A model generated the notes under the pieces. That model ran no database searches. It had not been told where the DNA came from and saw only the letters and a program-made list of their open reading frames with translations. Source: Gammaproteobacteria bacterium (lineage in GTDB: Bacteria > Pseudomonadota > Gammaproteobacteria > SZUA-229). Taken from it: 64,000 nucleotides of DNA. The stretch lies in assembly GCA_029882355.1 (NCBI GenBank), contig JAOUKV010000009.1:14807-78806 (forward strand). The letters run 5' to 3'. The position numbers were made by a program, and so were the translations under genes. Shown one piece after another: positions 1 to 10,997 of this stretch (within the stretch, counting starts at the first letter, position 1; each line of letters begins with the position of its first letter).

Positions 1-449
1 TTTTTAAAATAATCAATCCGCATCGCATCCGGTAAAGCTATCATTGAAGCGCGGTCATAAATATCGGTTACACCTTTAAGATCGTCGGTAACAAGATCGA
101 AGAAGTCACCCTGTACAATTTCAATGCTGGCCTGAGCCTGCTTTGCGGCAGAAACATACCGATTAAAAAGTGGTTCTTTTATAATTTGGTATTCTAAATC
201 ATGTGTTTCAAAAAATGCCTTAACGGCTATTTCACTGCATTCGTTGCCCAGCACTTGATAACCGTTCTGAGCCAACCAGAGCATATCCACTGATTTACCG
301 CATAAAGGCACAAAAACTTTTAGTGCCTGACGTTTTTCCAGTGGCGCGCCCTTGTCGCCATAAAAGTGAGCAAGATAGGGATTCAATTGTTCCTGATGAA
401 AACCTGTCTCACCTTTCTGCCAACGTTCAAGCCAAAAGTCCTGCTGCAT
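1..449 (-). CDS. tpm: Thiopurine S-methyltransferase (partial; C-terminus lies beyond the window start)
   Basis: Minus-strand translation from the ATG at 449-447 reads MQQDFWLERWQKGETGFHQEQLNPYLAHF...VFVPLCGKSVDMLWLAQNGYQVLGNE. This is the hallmark TPMT N-terminus (WQxxWxxGxxGFHQ, PLCGK). The frame stays open to position 1. Confidence 0.85.
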   Translation of the reverse strand, partial: MQQDFWLERWQKGETGFHQEQLNPYLAHFYGDKGAPLEKRQALKVFVPLCGKSVDMLWLAQNGYQVLGNECSEIAVKAFFETHDLEYQIIKEPLFNRYVSAAKQAQASIEIVQGDFFDLVTDDLKGVTDIYDRASMIALPDAMRIDYFK

Positions 450-450
450 A

Positions 451-726
451 TTATTCAGGCTTCCAGATTCCGAATGAACCTTCCTGCGGTGCCTGTGGCT
501 TATTATCACTTTCAACCTGTTTCACAACCTGTGCCATAAAACCAGACAGATCAGCAATAAGTTCTGGTTTATCTAAACCTGGTTGCGTTTGATGCGCCAT
601 AACAAAACCGGTGACGGCGGTCAGATACTGCATAAACAGCATGTCATTGTCGGCTTCTGCATCATGTTCTGCGACAACAGCCTGAAGCCTGGAAACTAAT
701 TCGGAAGATAATTGGATACCGCTCAT
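451..726 (-). CDS. Hypothetical small acidic protein (91 aa); no family recognised
   Basis: ORF in the table. Its stop codon (453-451) sits 1 nt from the tpm start codon (449), suggesting translational coupling. Confidence 0.45.
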   Translation of the reverse strand: MSGIQLSSELVSRLQAVVAEHDAEADNDMLFMQYLTAVTGFVMAHQTQPGLDKPELIADLSGFMAQVVKQVESDNKPQAPQEGSFGIWKPE

Positions 727-798
727 TTTCTGTGTACTCGTGTTATATTCAGGGTGTTAAATTCTAATTGATTCTGACTAATTATTCTTGGCTATGAT

Positions 799-1113
799 AT
801 GTACAAACTCTGTTTTTATGTCCCTGAAAACGCTACGGAATTGGTAAAAAACGCCCTTTTTAAAGCGGGTGCCGGAAGAATCGGTGATTATGACTCATGT
901 TGCTGGCAAACCTCTGGTATTGGCCAGTTTCGGCCTCTGATCAACAGTAATCCAACTATTGGTGAAATAGGTCAAATTGAGAAGGTCGTGGAAATCAAAG
1001 TTGAAATGGTTTGTGATGACAAATTCATCAATGCCGTCATTGAAGCATTAAAAAAGGCGCACCCTTATGAAGAGCCCGCCTTTGATGTCTGCAAGATGGA
1101 GAATTTCAAATAA
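799..1113 (+). CDS. Short NIF3/YqfO-like protein (104 aa)
   Basis: MYKLCFYVPE...AGAGRIGDYDSCCWQ...HPYEEPAFDV resembles the ~100-aa stand-alone NIF3 C-terminal-like proteins of gammaproteobacteria. Confidence 0.5.
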   Translation: MYKLCFYVPENATELVKNALFKAGAGRIGDYDSCCWQTSGIGQFRPLINSNPTIGEIGQIEKVVEIKVEMVCDDKFINAVIEALKKAHPYEEPAFDVCKMENFK

Positions 1114-1117
1114 AGAC

Positions 1118-1888
1118 CTAGCGAACCCAACCACGCTCACTGGCAGCTAAGAAATCCATCAAATACTTAACATCATTATGTTCTTTAGCCAGCTCATTGG
1201 CTTTCTCAACCGCTTCCTTGTGTGAACATTTTGACTTAACCAGGATTTTAAACGTTTCCTGCAATGCACGTATTGACTCTGTGCTAAAACCACGACGTTT
1301 CAAGCCTTCTTTATTAATGCCAAATGCACGCGCCCTGTTACCCGCAATGGTGAAATAAGGCAGAACATCACGATCAATCGCAGTAGCAAAACCAGAGAAG
1401 CTGTGTGCGCCGATACGTGTAAACTGATGTACCGTTGAATAGCCACCAAGAATCGCGTGATCTTCAATGCGTACGTGCCCTGCAAGGGCCACAGCGTTAG
1501 CGAGTATTACGTTATTGCCAATTCGGCAATCGTGCGCTACATGGCAGGATGTCATAAACAAATTATCATTTCCGATCGAAGTTACACCTTTGTCATCGAT
1601 GGTGCCACGATTCATAGTGACGTATTCACGTATGCGGTTACGGTCACCTATTTCTAATCGTGTTGGTTCGCCGTCATATTTCAAATCCTGAGGTTGCTCA
1701 CCAATCGAGGCAAACTGAAAGATATGATTGTCCTTACCTATTTTCGTTGGACCTTTAATGACTACGTGCGGCTCGATCACCGTACCTGAATCAATTTCAA
1801 CACCAGCTTCAATAACGCAAAAGGGCCCGATTGAAACATCATCTGCAATGATGGCAGATGGATCAACAATGGCGTGAGAGTGAATCAC
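1118..1888 (-). CDS. lpxA: UDP-N-acetylglucosamine O-acyltransferase
   Basis: 256 aa. Left-handed beta-helix hexapeptide repeats and a C-terminal helical domain. Sits in the fabZ-lpxA context. Confidence 0.93.
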   Translation of the reverse strand: MIHSHAIVDPSAIIADDVSIGPFCVIEAGVEIDSGTVIEPHVVIKGPTKIGKDNHIFQFASIGEQPQDLKYDGEPTRLEIGDRNRIREYVTMNRGTIDDKGVTSIGNDNLFMTSCHVAHDCRIGNNVILANAVALAGHVRIEDHAILGGYSTVHQFTRIGAHSFSGFATAIDRDVLPYFTIAGNRARAFGINKEGLKRRGFSTESIRALQETFKILVKSKCSHKEAVEKANELAKEHNDVKYLMDFLAASERGWVR

Positions 1889-1894
1889 TTGAAT

Positions 1895-2341
1895 TTATTC
1901 CTTTTCTTTAGCTGCACACAGTAAATCGGCTGTGGTCACGATATTACCATCAACACTTGCCTCAACATAGAACTTCCAGATAACCTTGGATTGACGCTTT
2001 ACTATCGCTTTCAACATGAGTTGATCACCAGGAACAACCTGACGTTTGAAACGAACGTTATCGACACCTACCAGCATGTAAAGCAAATCATCGCTGGGTT
2101 CTTCGCTCATGGTTTTAAAACCTAGCAAACCTGTTGCCTGAGCCAGCGCTTCGATAATAAGCACACCTGGCATAATTGGTGTTTCAGGAAAATGACCATT
2201 AAAAAATGGTTCATTAACCGATACATTTTTTATTGCAGTGAGTGTTTCGCCTGGAGTACATTCGAGCACACGATCAATCAACAAAAATGGATAACGGTGC
2301 GGAAGGAAACGCCGAATCTCTTCAATATACATTTCACTCAC
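1895..2341 (-). CDS. fabZ: 3-hydroxyacyl-ACP dehydratase
   Basis: 148 aa hot-dog fold with the FFNGHFP motif, lying between lpxD and lpxA. Confidence 0.93.
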   Translation of the reverse strand: MSEMYIEEIRRFLPHRYPFLLIDRVLECTPGETLTAIKNVSVNEPFFNGHFPETPIMPGVLIIEALAQATGLLGFKTMSEEPSDDLLYMLVGVDNVRFKRQVVPGDQLMLKAIVKRQSKVIWKFYVEASVDGNIVTTADLLCAAKEKE

Positions 2342-2384
2342 AATTTATCTCCAGTCTAATAAGTTAAAATCATCTAACATTTAA

Positions 2385-3398
2385 TCAGATGATGGTTTTT
2401 TTTTCTAATTTTGCCACGCGCTTCGCCAGTTCATCAAGACGACGAAAACGCGCACTATTTTTACGCCAATTTGCAGTTGTATCCATCGGTGTACTAGATG
2501 AATACGAACCCGATTGAGTGATCGAGCGCGTCACCATGGTTCGACCTGTAATCATTACATTGTCAGTGATGGTTAGATGTTCAACAATACCCACCAGTCC
2601 TCCAATTAAACAGCCACTACCAATATGCGTACTTCCTGCTATCGCTGTTGCAGCTGAAATCACCGTGTTATCACCAATACTGACACCATGCGCAATCTGT
2701 ATCTGGTTATCCAGCTTTACGCCGTTGCCAATGATAGTATTTTCCAGCGCACCTCTATCGATCGTTGTATTGGCTCCGATTTCGACATTGTTACCAATAT
2801 GGACACTGCCAATCTGGGGTATCTTTAAATACCCCTCACCATCCTTAACAAAACCGAATCCATCAGCACCCAGAACAACGCCAGAATGAATAATGCAATT
2901 ATCACCAATTTCACAACCGTAGCCGATCGTTACATTTGCATTAATGCGCGTATTTGAACCGATGACAACATCATCCTCAATCACGCACCCAGCTTCGATC
3001 TGTGAACCAGCACCGATTCTGGCGCCTGCTGAGACAAAAACACCAGCCGCTATAGTCGCCGTTTTATCGATATTGGCTGATTCCGCAACAATAGCACTTG
3101 CACTTATACCTGGTTCAGACTTTTTCGGTGGATACAAAAGATTAGCCACTTTTGCATAAACCAGTCTTGGATTATCCGTAACCAGAGCAGGTACAGGACA
3201 CACGTCCAGAAACTCAGGTTTTATAATCAGAGCTGAAGCCCTGGTTACCGACAAATATTCAACGTACCGGGGATTTGAAATAAAGGCAATTTCACCGGAA
3301 AGCGCTGAACTAATTTCAGCAATACTTTCTATCAGGCAATCTTCACCGACAAGCTTACAACCTGTTCGTTCTGCAAGTTCTAACAAGCGGTATTGCAT
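2385..3398 (-). CDS. lpxD: UDP-3-O-(3-hydroxyacyl)glucosamine N-acyltransferase
   Basis: 337 aa with hexapeptide repeats, in skp-lpxD-fabZ-lpxA synteny. Confidence 0.92.
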   Translation of the reverse strand: MQYRLLELAERTGCKLVGEDCLIESIAEISSALSGEIAFISNPRYVEYLSVTRASALIIKPEFLDVCPVPALVTDNPRLVYAKVANLLYPPKKSEPGISASAIVAESANIDKTATIAAGVFVSAGARIGAGSQIEAGCVIEDDVVIGSNTRINANVTIGYGCEIGDNCIIHSGVVLGADGFGFVKDGEGYLKIPQIGSVHIGNNVEIGANTTIDRGALENTIIGNGVKLDNQIQIAHGVSIGDNTVISAATAIAGSTHIGSGCLIGGLVGIVEHLTITDNVMITGRTMVTRSITQSGSYSSSTPMDTTANWRKNSARFRRLDELAKRVAKLEKKTII

Positions 3399-3405
3399 TA
3401 CGTTT

Positions 3406-3924
3406 TTATTTCTTCTTAAATTCTTTTTTCATTCTATCAAGAATAATATCTGTAATATCAAGCTTGTCTGCAGCAAATACCACGCCTTCGCTTAGAATCA
3501 AATCATATTTATCTTTTTTTGCAACATCGTTAATAATGTCACGAATAGCTTTTTGTAACACAGCCAATTCCTGATTACGCATTGTTGATACTTCCTGATT
3601 CAACGTTGTTTCCATTTGTTTAAACATTTGAACCTTACCAATCAGTTTGGTTTTTAGCTCATTCAACTTGTCTTCAGTCATAACAAGTTCATTACGTTTG
3701 TAATTTTCCTGCATGGATTTAATTTCTTTTTCTAAATCCTGCAACTCCTGTTTTTTACCGCCAAATCGTTCCATCATTGCAGTATTAACAGCTTCAACCT
3801 GTGGAGCCTGAGTTAATAACTTTTCAACTCCAACAAAACCGATTTTAAGTTCACTTGCTGCCATAGCATTAGTGCAAGCAGTCATTACAAACAGAGTTAC
3901 TATTATAATTTTTTTCATTACCAT
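3406..3924 (-). CDS. skp: Periplasmic chaperone Skp (OmpH)
   Basis: 172 aa with a signal peptide and a coiled-coil-rich body, located downstream of bamA. Confidence 0.88.
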   Translation of the reverse strand: MVMKKIIIVTLFVMTACTNAMAASELKIGFVGVEKLLTQAPQVEAVNTAMMERFGGKKQELQDLEKEIKSMQENYKRNELVMTEDKLNELKTKLIGKVQMFKQMETTLNQEVSTMRNQELAVLQKAIRDIINDVAKKDKYDLILSEGVVFAADKLDITDIILDRMKKEFKKK

Positions 3925-3931
3925 TATCTCC

Positions 3932-6271
3932 TTAAAAGAAAGAACCTATACTAAATTGAAACACTCTTAAATCATCATCTTCAACATCATTCAGCGCCTT
4001 AGCCCAACTAAAACGCAAAGGCCCAATCGGTGCCAGCCAGACTAATGAAAGCCCTGTTGATGTACGCAATTCCTCTCCCGAAAAACCTACTTCTGACGCA
4101 TTAAATGTCGGAGCTGTATCAAGGAAGACATTACCAATATCATAAAAAGCACTAAACCTCACCGATGTAGGTGGCTTATCTACGAAGGGTATCGGAAAAA
4201 TAAGATCTGCGCCAGCCGTGACACGCATATTTCCACCGATAGGGTTACCATAATCATCACGAGGGCCTAATGAATTGGAGTCATACCCTCTAACCGTGCG
4301 CAAGCCACCAGCAAAATATCGCTCATAGAATGGCAAAGAATCTAAATCAGCATAACCATTACCGTAGCCCAAATTAGTTCTTAATAATAAAGTTAAATCG
4401 TCAGTCAGACCAAAATATAGTTTTGTCAAATAACTGACCTTATAAAACTCCAGATCACTACCAGGTGCCGACAAATTTATCCCAACAGTTTGTGAGCTAC
4501 CCCTTGTCGCAAATACTGTTCTATTACGTGTGTCATAAGTATAACTGGCATTAAGCAAAAAGTTATTATAACTATCGCCATGCACATTGACAAAATCATT
4601 AGCTTCAAGCGATGGATTGACACTCGATAGCGTTAGCTCAACACGGCTCAGGCCATAACCTAATCGCAGGGTTGAATATTCTGTTAGCGGAATACCATAG
4701 TTGACATTAGCGCTATAAGAATCAGTTTTGAAATCATTAATCTCTTCTTCTGCCGCATCCCTTTTTGCATAAGACAAACTGATAGTACGACTGACACCAT
4801 CAATTGTATGATAAGGGTCTGTAAATGAAATATTGTAAACCGTATTGGCTGAATCAGTGTTGACATTAACCGCAAGACGCTGACCTGTACCCATTAGATT
4901 TTCCTGAGTCAGCCCAACATTAAATAAAACTCCCTGAGTTTGAGAGTAACCAGCTCCAATATTAAAACTACCAGACAAACGTTCCTCTACGCTAATTTCG
5001 AGATCTACCATGTCGTCAGTACCAGGAACAGGCCTGGTTTCTACATCAACATTTTCCAGGTAACTCAGTCGCTGCAAACGAATCTTTGAACGTTCAAGCT
5101 TATCACTGGCGAGAATTGATCCTTCCATTAACCTGATTTCTCTCCTTAGTACCTCTTCATGGGTTCTAAAATTACCATGGAAATTGATATTTCTTACATG
5201 GGTTTTATTACCAGGCACCAATTGATAAGTTAAATCAATGGTTTTTGTCTGCTCATCAACTTCAGGAACAATTTTTACTTTAGCAAAGGCATAACCTACT
5301 TTTCCAAGGCGATCTTCTAGATTTTTCTGGGTAGACGTCATCAGTTTCCTCGAAAAAACCTTGCCTGATTCAGTCAAAATAAGAGCATTTAAAACATCCT
5401 TGTCAACCACCATGGTTCCGACCAGTGCAACCTTACCGACGCTATACTGATCCCCCTCTTCCACATTAATGGTGATATAAATATCTTTTTTATCAGGTGT
5501 AATCGACACCTGCGTCGAATCGGCAGAAAACTTGATATAACCACGATCAAGATAATAAGAACGTAAAGTTTCTAAATCAGCATTAAGTTTTGGCTTTGAA
5601 TATTCATCTGCATCTGAAAAAACAGCAAACGAGCTCGGAATACCTAACTGTAATTCACCCAATAAAAGATCATCATCAAACTTCTTGTTGCCAATGATAT
5701 TTATTTGTTTGATTAAGGCAATTCGTCCTTCAGATATTTCAATATTAATATCTACGCGATTTTGATCAAGCTCAGTAATTTCAGTTTCAATGCGAATACC
5801 GTATTTTCCCTGACTAAAATAAACCCGCTCTAGTTCTTGCGTCAATTTTTCAAGCAAAGAACGATTGTAAATACGACCCTGAACAATACCAATATCTTCT
5901 AGAGCGCCTTCCAGTGTCTTACTATCTATATCTGAATTACCCGAAAAATTAACTTCCGATATTGAAGGCCGCTCCTTAACTTTTACAATCAGAACATCAC
6001 CATCTCTATACAGCTGAACATCTGCAAAGAAACCTGTTTTATATAACTCCTTAATAGAGAAAACGACCTGCTTATCATCCATTGGGTCACCTACCTGTAC
6101 GGGTAGATAATTTAACAAGGTGCCGTCAGGTAATCGCTCCAAACCTTCAATTCGAATATCAGTAATAATAAAATTTTCAGCAGACCATGTAACCCCTGAG
6201 ACCATTAACAGATGTGCCAGAAAAAAAATTCTGACCAATGTGGAACTTAAATTAAAGCTAAAAGACATCAT
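3932..6271 (-). CDS. bamA: Outer membrane protein assembly factor BamA
   Basis: 779 aa. POTRA repeats followed by a C-terminal beta-barrel, in rseP-bamA-skp synteny. Confidence 0.95.
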   Translation of the reverse strand: MMSFSFNLSSTLVRIFFLAHLLMVSGVTWSAENFIITDIRIEGLERLPDGTLLNYLPVQVGDPMDDKQVVFSIKELYKTGFFADVQLYRDGDVLIVKVKERPSISEVNFSGNSDIDSKTLEGALEDIGIVQGRIYNRSLLEKLTQELERVYFSQGKYGIRIETEITELDQNRVDINIEISEGRIALIKQINIIGNKKFDDDLLLGELQLGIPSSFAVFSDADEYSKPKLNADLETLRSYYLDRGYIKFSADSTQVSITPDKKDIYITINVEEGDQYSVGKVALVGTMVVDKDVLNALILTESGKVFSRKLMTSTQKNLEDRLGKVGYAFAKVKIVPEVDEQTKTIDLTYQLVPGNKTHVRNINFHGNFRTHEEVLRREIRLMEGSILASDKLERSKIRLQRLSYLENVDVETRPVPGTDDMVDLEISVEERLSGSFNIGAGYSQTQGVLFNVGLTQENLMGTGQRLAVNVNTDSANTVYNISFTDPYHTIDGVSRTISLSYAKRDAAEEEINDFKTDSYSANVNYGIPLTEYSTLRLGYGLSRVELTLSSVNPSLEANDFVNVHGDSYNNFLLNASYTYDTRNRTVFATRGSSQTVGINLSAPGSDLEFYKVSYLTKLYFGLTDDLTLLLRTNLGYGNGYADLDSLPFYERYFAGGLRTVRGYDSNSLGPRDDYGNPIGGNMRVTAGADLIFPIPFVDKPPTSVRFSAFYDIGNVFLDTAPTFNASEVGFSGEELRTSTGLSLVWLAPIGPLRFSWAKALNDVEDDDLRVFQFSIGSFF

Positions 6272-7635
6272 TACATAAACCGCTGAAAATCATTATAAAA
6301 GGCAATTATCATTAACGCCGCAAGTATGACAATACCAACTTGCTGCGCCCGTAGTTCAAAAGCTTCAGATACTGGTGAACCTTTTATAGCTTCAATTAAA
6401 TAATAAAATAAATGGCCACCATCAAGCATAGGAATAGGAAATAAATTTAAAACACCTAAACTCACTGAGATAATTGCCAAAAAACCAATAAATGTAGATA
6501 AACCAATATCTGCTGTCACACCTGCATATTTTGCAATGGTAACTGGCCCTGATATATTGCTCAAAGAGGCCTCACCAACAATCATTTTCCATATAACTCT
6601 TACTGTTAGCTTCGACATATCCCATGTCTTCACGATAGCTGCAGGTACGGCTGAAAAGACATCGTACTCAATATCAACAAATAATTTATCTTTAAACTCT
6701 TGCGGTATTTCCTGATAAGCACCGATAAAACCTTTGCTTTCACCATTTTTTTCTTTTGAGCCTGGAATTACTACGATAGTTTTTTCTTGCCCATCACGAA
6801 GCACAACAAAATTGATTGGAACTCCCTGCCCAATCTCTACACGATCAACTAGCTCGCTCCAATGATTAATAGTCGCATCATCAAGCGTGAGCAGACGATC
6901 ACCCTTCTTTAAACCAGCCTGTTCAGCTGGTCCATCTTTGATCACACCACCAATAACTGCTGGAAATTCTGGCCGCCAGTGATTAAAGCCTAAGTCTGCC
7001 ATGACATCAGACTCATGTTCTAGCAACTGAGTACCCGTCAGATCAACAAGCCTGTTTTTAATCAACCCATCGACGCTCTTAACCTGCACATCGAGTGTGC
7101 CGCCATCAAGGCCCTGATCAAGTACTATCAGATTAAAATCTGACCATGATACTACCGTGTCATCACCCACTTTTAATATTTCATCTTGATTTTCAAAACC
7201 CGACAAAGCCGCTATCGAATTCTCAGGGGGGGTTCCAAGCAATGCTCTTTCAACTGTGAGGCCAGATAAGAAAACAAACCAGTAAAGAATAACGGCAAGA
7301 ACAAGATTAAATACCGGACCAGCTGCAACGATGATAGTACGTGACAGTAATGGTTGTGTATTAAAAGCATAAGGTTTATCTTCTTCAGCGACCTCCGCTT
7401 CTCGCTCATCCAGCATTTTTACATAACCACCGAGCGGAATGGCTGCAATCACATATTCAATAGTCTTACCATCGACCTTGCGAGTCCAGGTATACAACGA
7501 CCGGCCAAAGCCGATAGAGAAACGCAGCACTCTTACGCCCAATTTTCGCGCTGCCCAATAATGTCCAAACTCGTGAATAGACACCAAAATAGCAATAGCT
7601 ATTATGAAAAATAAAAGATTATGTAAGATGCCCAT
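6271..7635 (-). CDS. rseP: Sigma-E regulated intramembrane zinc metalloprotease RseP
   Basis: 454 aa. HEFGH zinc motif at the N-terminus, PDZ domains and the LDG motif. Confidence 0.93.
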   Translation of the reverse strand: MGILHNLLFFIIAIAILVSIHEFGHYWAARKLGVRVLRFSIGFGRSLYTWTRKVDGKTIEYVIAAIPLGGYVKMLDEREAEVAEEDKPYAFNTQPLLSRTIIVAAGPVFNLVLAVILYWFVFLSGLTVERALLGTPPENSIAALSGFENQDEILKVGDDTVVSWSDFNLIVLDQGLDGGTLDVQVKSVDGLIKNRLVDLTGTQLLEHESDVMADLGFNHWRPEFPAVIGGVIKDGPAEQAGLKKGDRLLTLDDATINHWSELVDRVEIGQGVPINFVVLRDGQEKTIVVIPGSKEKNGESKGFIGAYQEIPQEFKDKLFVDIEYDVFSAVPAAIVKTWDMSKLTVRVIWKMIVGEASLSNISGPVTIAKYAGVTADIGLSTFIGFLAIISVSLGVLNLFPIPMLDGGHLFYYLIEAIKGSPVSEAFELRAQQVGIVILAALMIIAFYNDFQRFM

Positions 7636-7637
7636 AT

Positions 7638-8828
7638 TTATAATTGTTGTTTTTTGGCTATATGTTCGTTGGCCATGTTTCTGGCCTCATTATCTGCAGC
7701 TAAAATAGATTCTATGCTTGTCACATCTTCATTAATTGTCATGCTTTCAAGTGACTGTTCAATTACATCAGCTATGTCAGTGTAAGCAATTTTATTCTCT
7801 AAAAATGACGCTACCGCAACTTCATTAGCCGCGTTTAAAATTATGCTGGCTGTACCACCCATGCGTATAGCTTCATAACAAAGTCTCAAGCACGGGAAGC
7901 GTTGAAAATCAGGTTTTTCAAACTCCAGTTTTGCGACCTCAAATAAATCAAGAGGTTCAACTCCTGATACCATACGATCAGGAAAAGCTAAGGCGTGGGC
8001 AATGGGGGTGCGCATATCGGGATTACCCAGCTGCGCCAGGACTGAACCATCTGCATAGGAGACCATTGAATGAATGACACTCTGTGGATGCACAACAACT
8101 TCGATATCATCCAGAGCCACTCCAAATAACCAATGCGCCTCAATAACCTCCAAACCCTTATTCATCAGCGTTGATGAATCGACTGAGATCTTTGGTCCCA
8201 TCTCCCAATTAGGGTGATTCATCGCCTGCTCTGATGTTACTGAAACCAATTGTTCGTTTGTGAAGGTACGAAATGGACCACCACTCGCTGTCAGTAAAAT
8301 TTTGTTAATGCCTGCATCATTGGCAGCACTCTTATTCGATGCGGGCATACACTGAAAGATAGCATTGTGTTCGCTATCGACAGGCAATAATTCTGCATTA
8401 TTCTTTGCTACCGCATCCATGAATAGCTGACCCGACATCACCAAAGCTTCTTTGTTAGCCAGTAATATGCGTTTACCTGCTTCAGCTGCAGCCAGGCTCG
8501 GCAACAAACCTGCCGCACCAACAATACCTGCCACCACCGTATCAACATCATCAAGGCTGGCTACCTGACATAAACCCTGCACACCAGACAGTACCTCTGT
8601 CTTAGATCCTTGTTTACGTAAAACATCATTTAACTGCTGCGCGGCAGACTCATCGCACATAACGGCAAACTGCGGATGCCAGCGCAAACATTGCTGAGTC
8701 ATTGACTCAACATCGGTGTTTGCTGTCAGCGCCCTCACCTGATATTTATCTGTATGTCGAGAGATGACACTCAGTGTACTTTTACCAATGCTCCCGGTTG
8801 AACCAAGGATGGTTACAACTCTGGACAT
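7638..8828 (-). CDS. dxr: 1-deoxy-D-xylulose 5-phosphate reductoisomerase
   Basis: 396 aa with the N-terminal GSTGSIG NADPH-binding motif. Confidence 0.95.
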   Translation of the reverse strand: MSRVVTILGSTGSIGKSTLSVISRHTDKYQVRALTANTDVESMTQQCLRWHPQFAVMCDESAAQQLNDVLRKQGSKTEVLSGVQGLCQVASLDDVDTVVAGIVGAAGLLPSLAAAEAGKRILLANKEALVMSGQLFMDAVAKNNAELLPVDSEHNAIFQCMPASNKSAANDAGINKILLTASGGPFRTFTNEQLVSVTSEQAMNHPNWEMGPKISVDSSTLMNKGLEVIEAHWLFGVALDDIEVVVHPQSVIHSMVSYADGSVLAQLGNPDMRTPIAHALAFPDRMVSGVEPLDLFEVAKLEFEKPDFQRFPCLRLCYEAIRMGGTASIILNAANEVAVASFLENKIAYTDIADVIEQSLESMTINEDVTSIESILAADNEARNMANEHIAKKQQL

Positions 8829-9655
8829 TAGTACAAACCTTTAACTGGCACGACCAACCAGTCAAACATCACAACAAAAACTGGCATAACAGCCAGGACA
8901 CCATCGACACGATCAAGAATACCGCCATGACCAGGTAAAATATTACCACTGTCCTTTATACCCGCTTCACGCTTCAAAAAACTTTCGTACAAATCACCAG
9001 CAACAGAAAGAATCGTAAGCAACAATGACATACCTACCAACATCAACCACTGAGCACCGGTCAACTCAAAATAGTAACCGCCAAGGACGGCATAAACACC
9101 AGTGGCAAACAAAGCACCCCAAAGTCCTTCGAGAGTTTTCCCCGGGCTCACATTAGGCGCCAATTTATTTTTACCGAATCTTTTACCACTAAAATAAGCA
9201 CCACTATCTGCTATCCATACCAGCATCATGCTATATAACAACCACTCTGCACCCTGCTCCGTACCGTGAATAACATACATAGCAACAATGGCTGAAGGCA
9301 CTAACAGAAAACAAACCAGTAATTTTTTTGCAGAAATAACTGAGCCTTTCAATTGTGGCTGTGCAGATTTCAGGAAAACGGGCATTACAAACCACCAGAC
9401 TGAGGCCAGTAGCAACAATATATAAATATACTGAGACAGGTATTCAATACAAAACCAGGAAAAGGCACTGATAAATAAAGCAAACACTGATCGCAATAAA
9501 AATGATTGCACACCACCAAGGCGAGCCCATTCAAAACCGCAGACAAAAGCAACTGGCAACAAAACATATAACAAGGTCGTTGTCGGTTGAAAAAGAATTA
9601 CCCAGATAACAGCCAGCGCTAGTGGAACAGCCGTCAAAATACGATGCAATAACAT
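8828..9655 (-). CDS. cdsA: Phosphatidate cytidylyltransferase
   Basis: 275 aa polytopic membrane protein with the C-terminal CTP-transferase signature (GHGGxxDRxD), located between uppS and dxr. Confidence 0.9.
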   Translation of the reverse strand: MLLHRILTAVPLALAVIWVILFQPTTTLLYVLLPVAFVCGFEWARLGGVQSFLLRSVFALFISAFSWFCIEYLSQYIYILLLLASVWWFVMPVFLKSAQPQLKGSVISAKKLLVCFLLVPSAIVAMYVIHGTEQGAEWLLYSMMLVWIADSGAYFSGKRFGKNKLAPNVSPGKTLEGLWGALFATGVYAVLGGYYFELTGAQWLMLVGMSLLLTILSVAGDLYESFLKREAGIKDSGNILPGHGGILDRVDGVLAVMPVFVVMFDWLVVPVKGLY

Positions 9656-10420
9656 TTATTTAGTCACAGTTTTATTATTGTTAATCTGCGCAGGCGTTTT
9701 ACCGAAACGACGTTGCCGTGTTCCATACCATTCAATCGCCGCTTCCAGGGATTTATTATTAAAGTCAGGCCATAAGGTATCCGTAAAAAAAAGCTCTGTA
9801 TATGCTATTTGCCACAACAGAAAATTACTAATACGGCTCTCGCCACCAGTTCTTATAAAAAGATCAATTTCAGGCAAGCCAGCCAGAGATAATTCACCTG
9901 ATATCAGTGACTCATCGATATCATCAACAGACAAATCCCCAGAAGAAACTTGTTGAGCAATGCGTTTGCAGGCATCCTTAATATCCCAACGACCACCATA
10001 ATTTGCAGCAATCGTTAAGGCTAAACCGGTATTATCAGCAGTCTGCTTTTCAGTTTCGTTAATTACCGATTGCAACTCGTCAGGGAAAGCAGTGCGATCT
10101 CCAATGAATTTGACACGGACATTCTGCTTCTTCAACTTCAGCATTTCGCCTTTCAGTGTCGAAATAAATATCGACATCAAAGCATCCACTTCTTTTTTTG
10201 GCCGACTCCAATTTTCACTACTAAACGCAAAAACCGTTAATGCTTCAATTCCCTGCTGGTCACAATTTTCAACAATGGCACGGGTAGCACTAACGCCAGC
10301 ACGATGACCAGCGCTTCTTGGTAAAAAACGTTTTTTTGCCCATCGTCCATTACCGTCCATTACAACAGCAACATGTTTGGGAATCAGGGAGGAATGATCG
10401 CTTTCGCTCATCAATAGCAC
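9656..10420 (-). CDS. uppS: Undecaprenyl diphosphate synthase
   Basis: 254 aa with the HVAVVMDGNGRWA cis-prenyltransferase motif. Confidence 0.95.
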   Translation of the reverse strand: MLLMSESDHSSLIPKHVAVVMDGNGRWAKKRFLPRSAGHRAGVSATRAIVENCDQQGIEALTVFAFSSENWSRPKKEVDALMSIFISTLKGEMLKLKKQNVRVKFIGDRTAFPDELQSVINETEKQTADNTGLALTIAANYGGRWDIKDACKRIAQQVSSGDLSVDDIDESLISGELSLAGLPEIDLFIRTGGESRISNFLLWQIAYTELFFTDTLWPDFNNKSLEAAIEWYGTRQRRFGKTPAQINNNKTVTK

Positions 10421-10439
10421 TTTTGTAATAAACTCGCTT

Positions 10440-10997
10440 CTAGACTTCCATTAACTCAGTTTCTTTTTTACTCAGCACATCATCAACTTTAGCCACAAAA
10501 CTATCCGTCAATTTTTGCACTTTATCTTCTGCCTGCCGAGCTTCGTCTTCGGTAATCTCTTTTTCCTTTAATAAGTCTTTAAAATCACTGTTTGCATCGC
10601 GGCGAATATTTCTAATAGCCGTTTTTCCACTTTCAGCTTCTTTTCTTACTACTCGCACTAAATCATGACGACGCTCTTCTGTCAGCTGAGGCATAGGAAT
10701 CCGAATCAGCGTACCAGCAGTAGCAGGATTCAAACCCAAATCAGATTTCATGATGGCTTTTTCAATGGCTTTAACCATATCTTTTTCCCATGGCGAAATC
10801 ATCAGTGTTCTGGCATCTTCTACAGAGATATTAGCTACCTGTGATAAAGGTGTAGCAGCACCGTAGTAATCAACCGTAATATGATCAAGCAAACTTGGGT
10901 GTGCTCGACCTGTTCGAATCTTTGTTAACTCAGTGCGTAAAGACTCAACACTTTTACCCATACGAGTTTCAGCATCTTCAATAATCTCATCGATCAT
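10440..10997 (-). CDS. frr: Ribosome recycling factor
   Basis: 185 aa, conserved Frr sequence, in pyrH-frr synteny. Confidence 0.95.
   Translation of the reverse strand: MIDEIIEDAETRMGKSVESLRTELTKIRTGRAHPSLLDHITVDYYGAATPLSQVANISVEDARTLMISPWEKDMVKAIEKAIMKSDLGLNPATAGTLIRIPMPQLTEERRHDLVRVVRKEAESGKTAIRNIRRDANSDFKDLLKEKEITEDEARQAEDKVQKLTDSFVAKVDDVLSKKETELMEV

Noticed and set aside
2518-3159. Plus-strand ORFs (123 and 71 aa) inside lpxD
   Set aside because: They lie antisense within a conserved hexapeptide-repeat gene. Repetitive GC-rich codons often create long antisense frames. There is no independent support.
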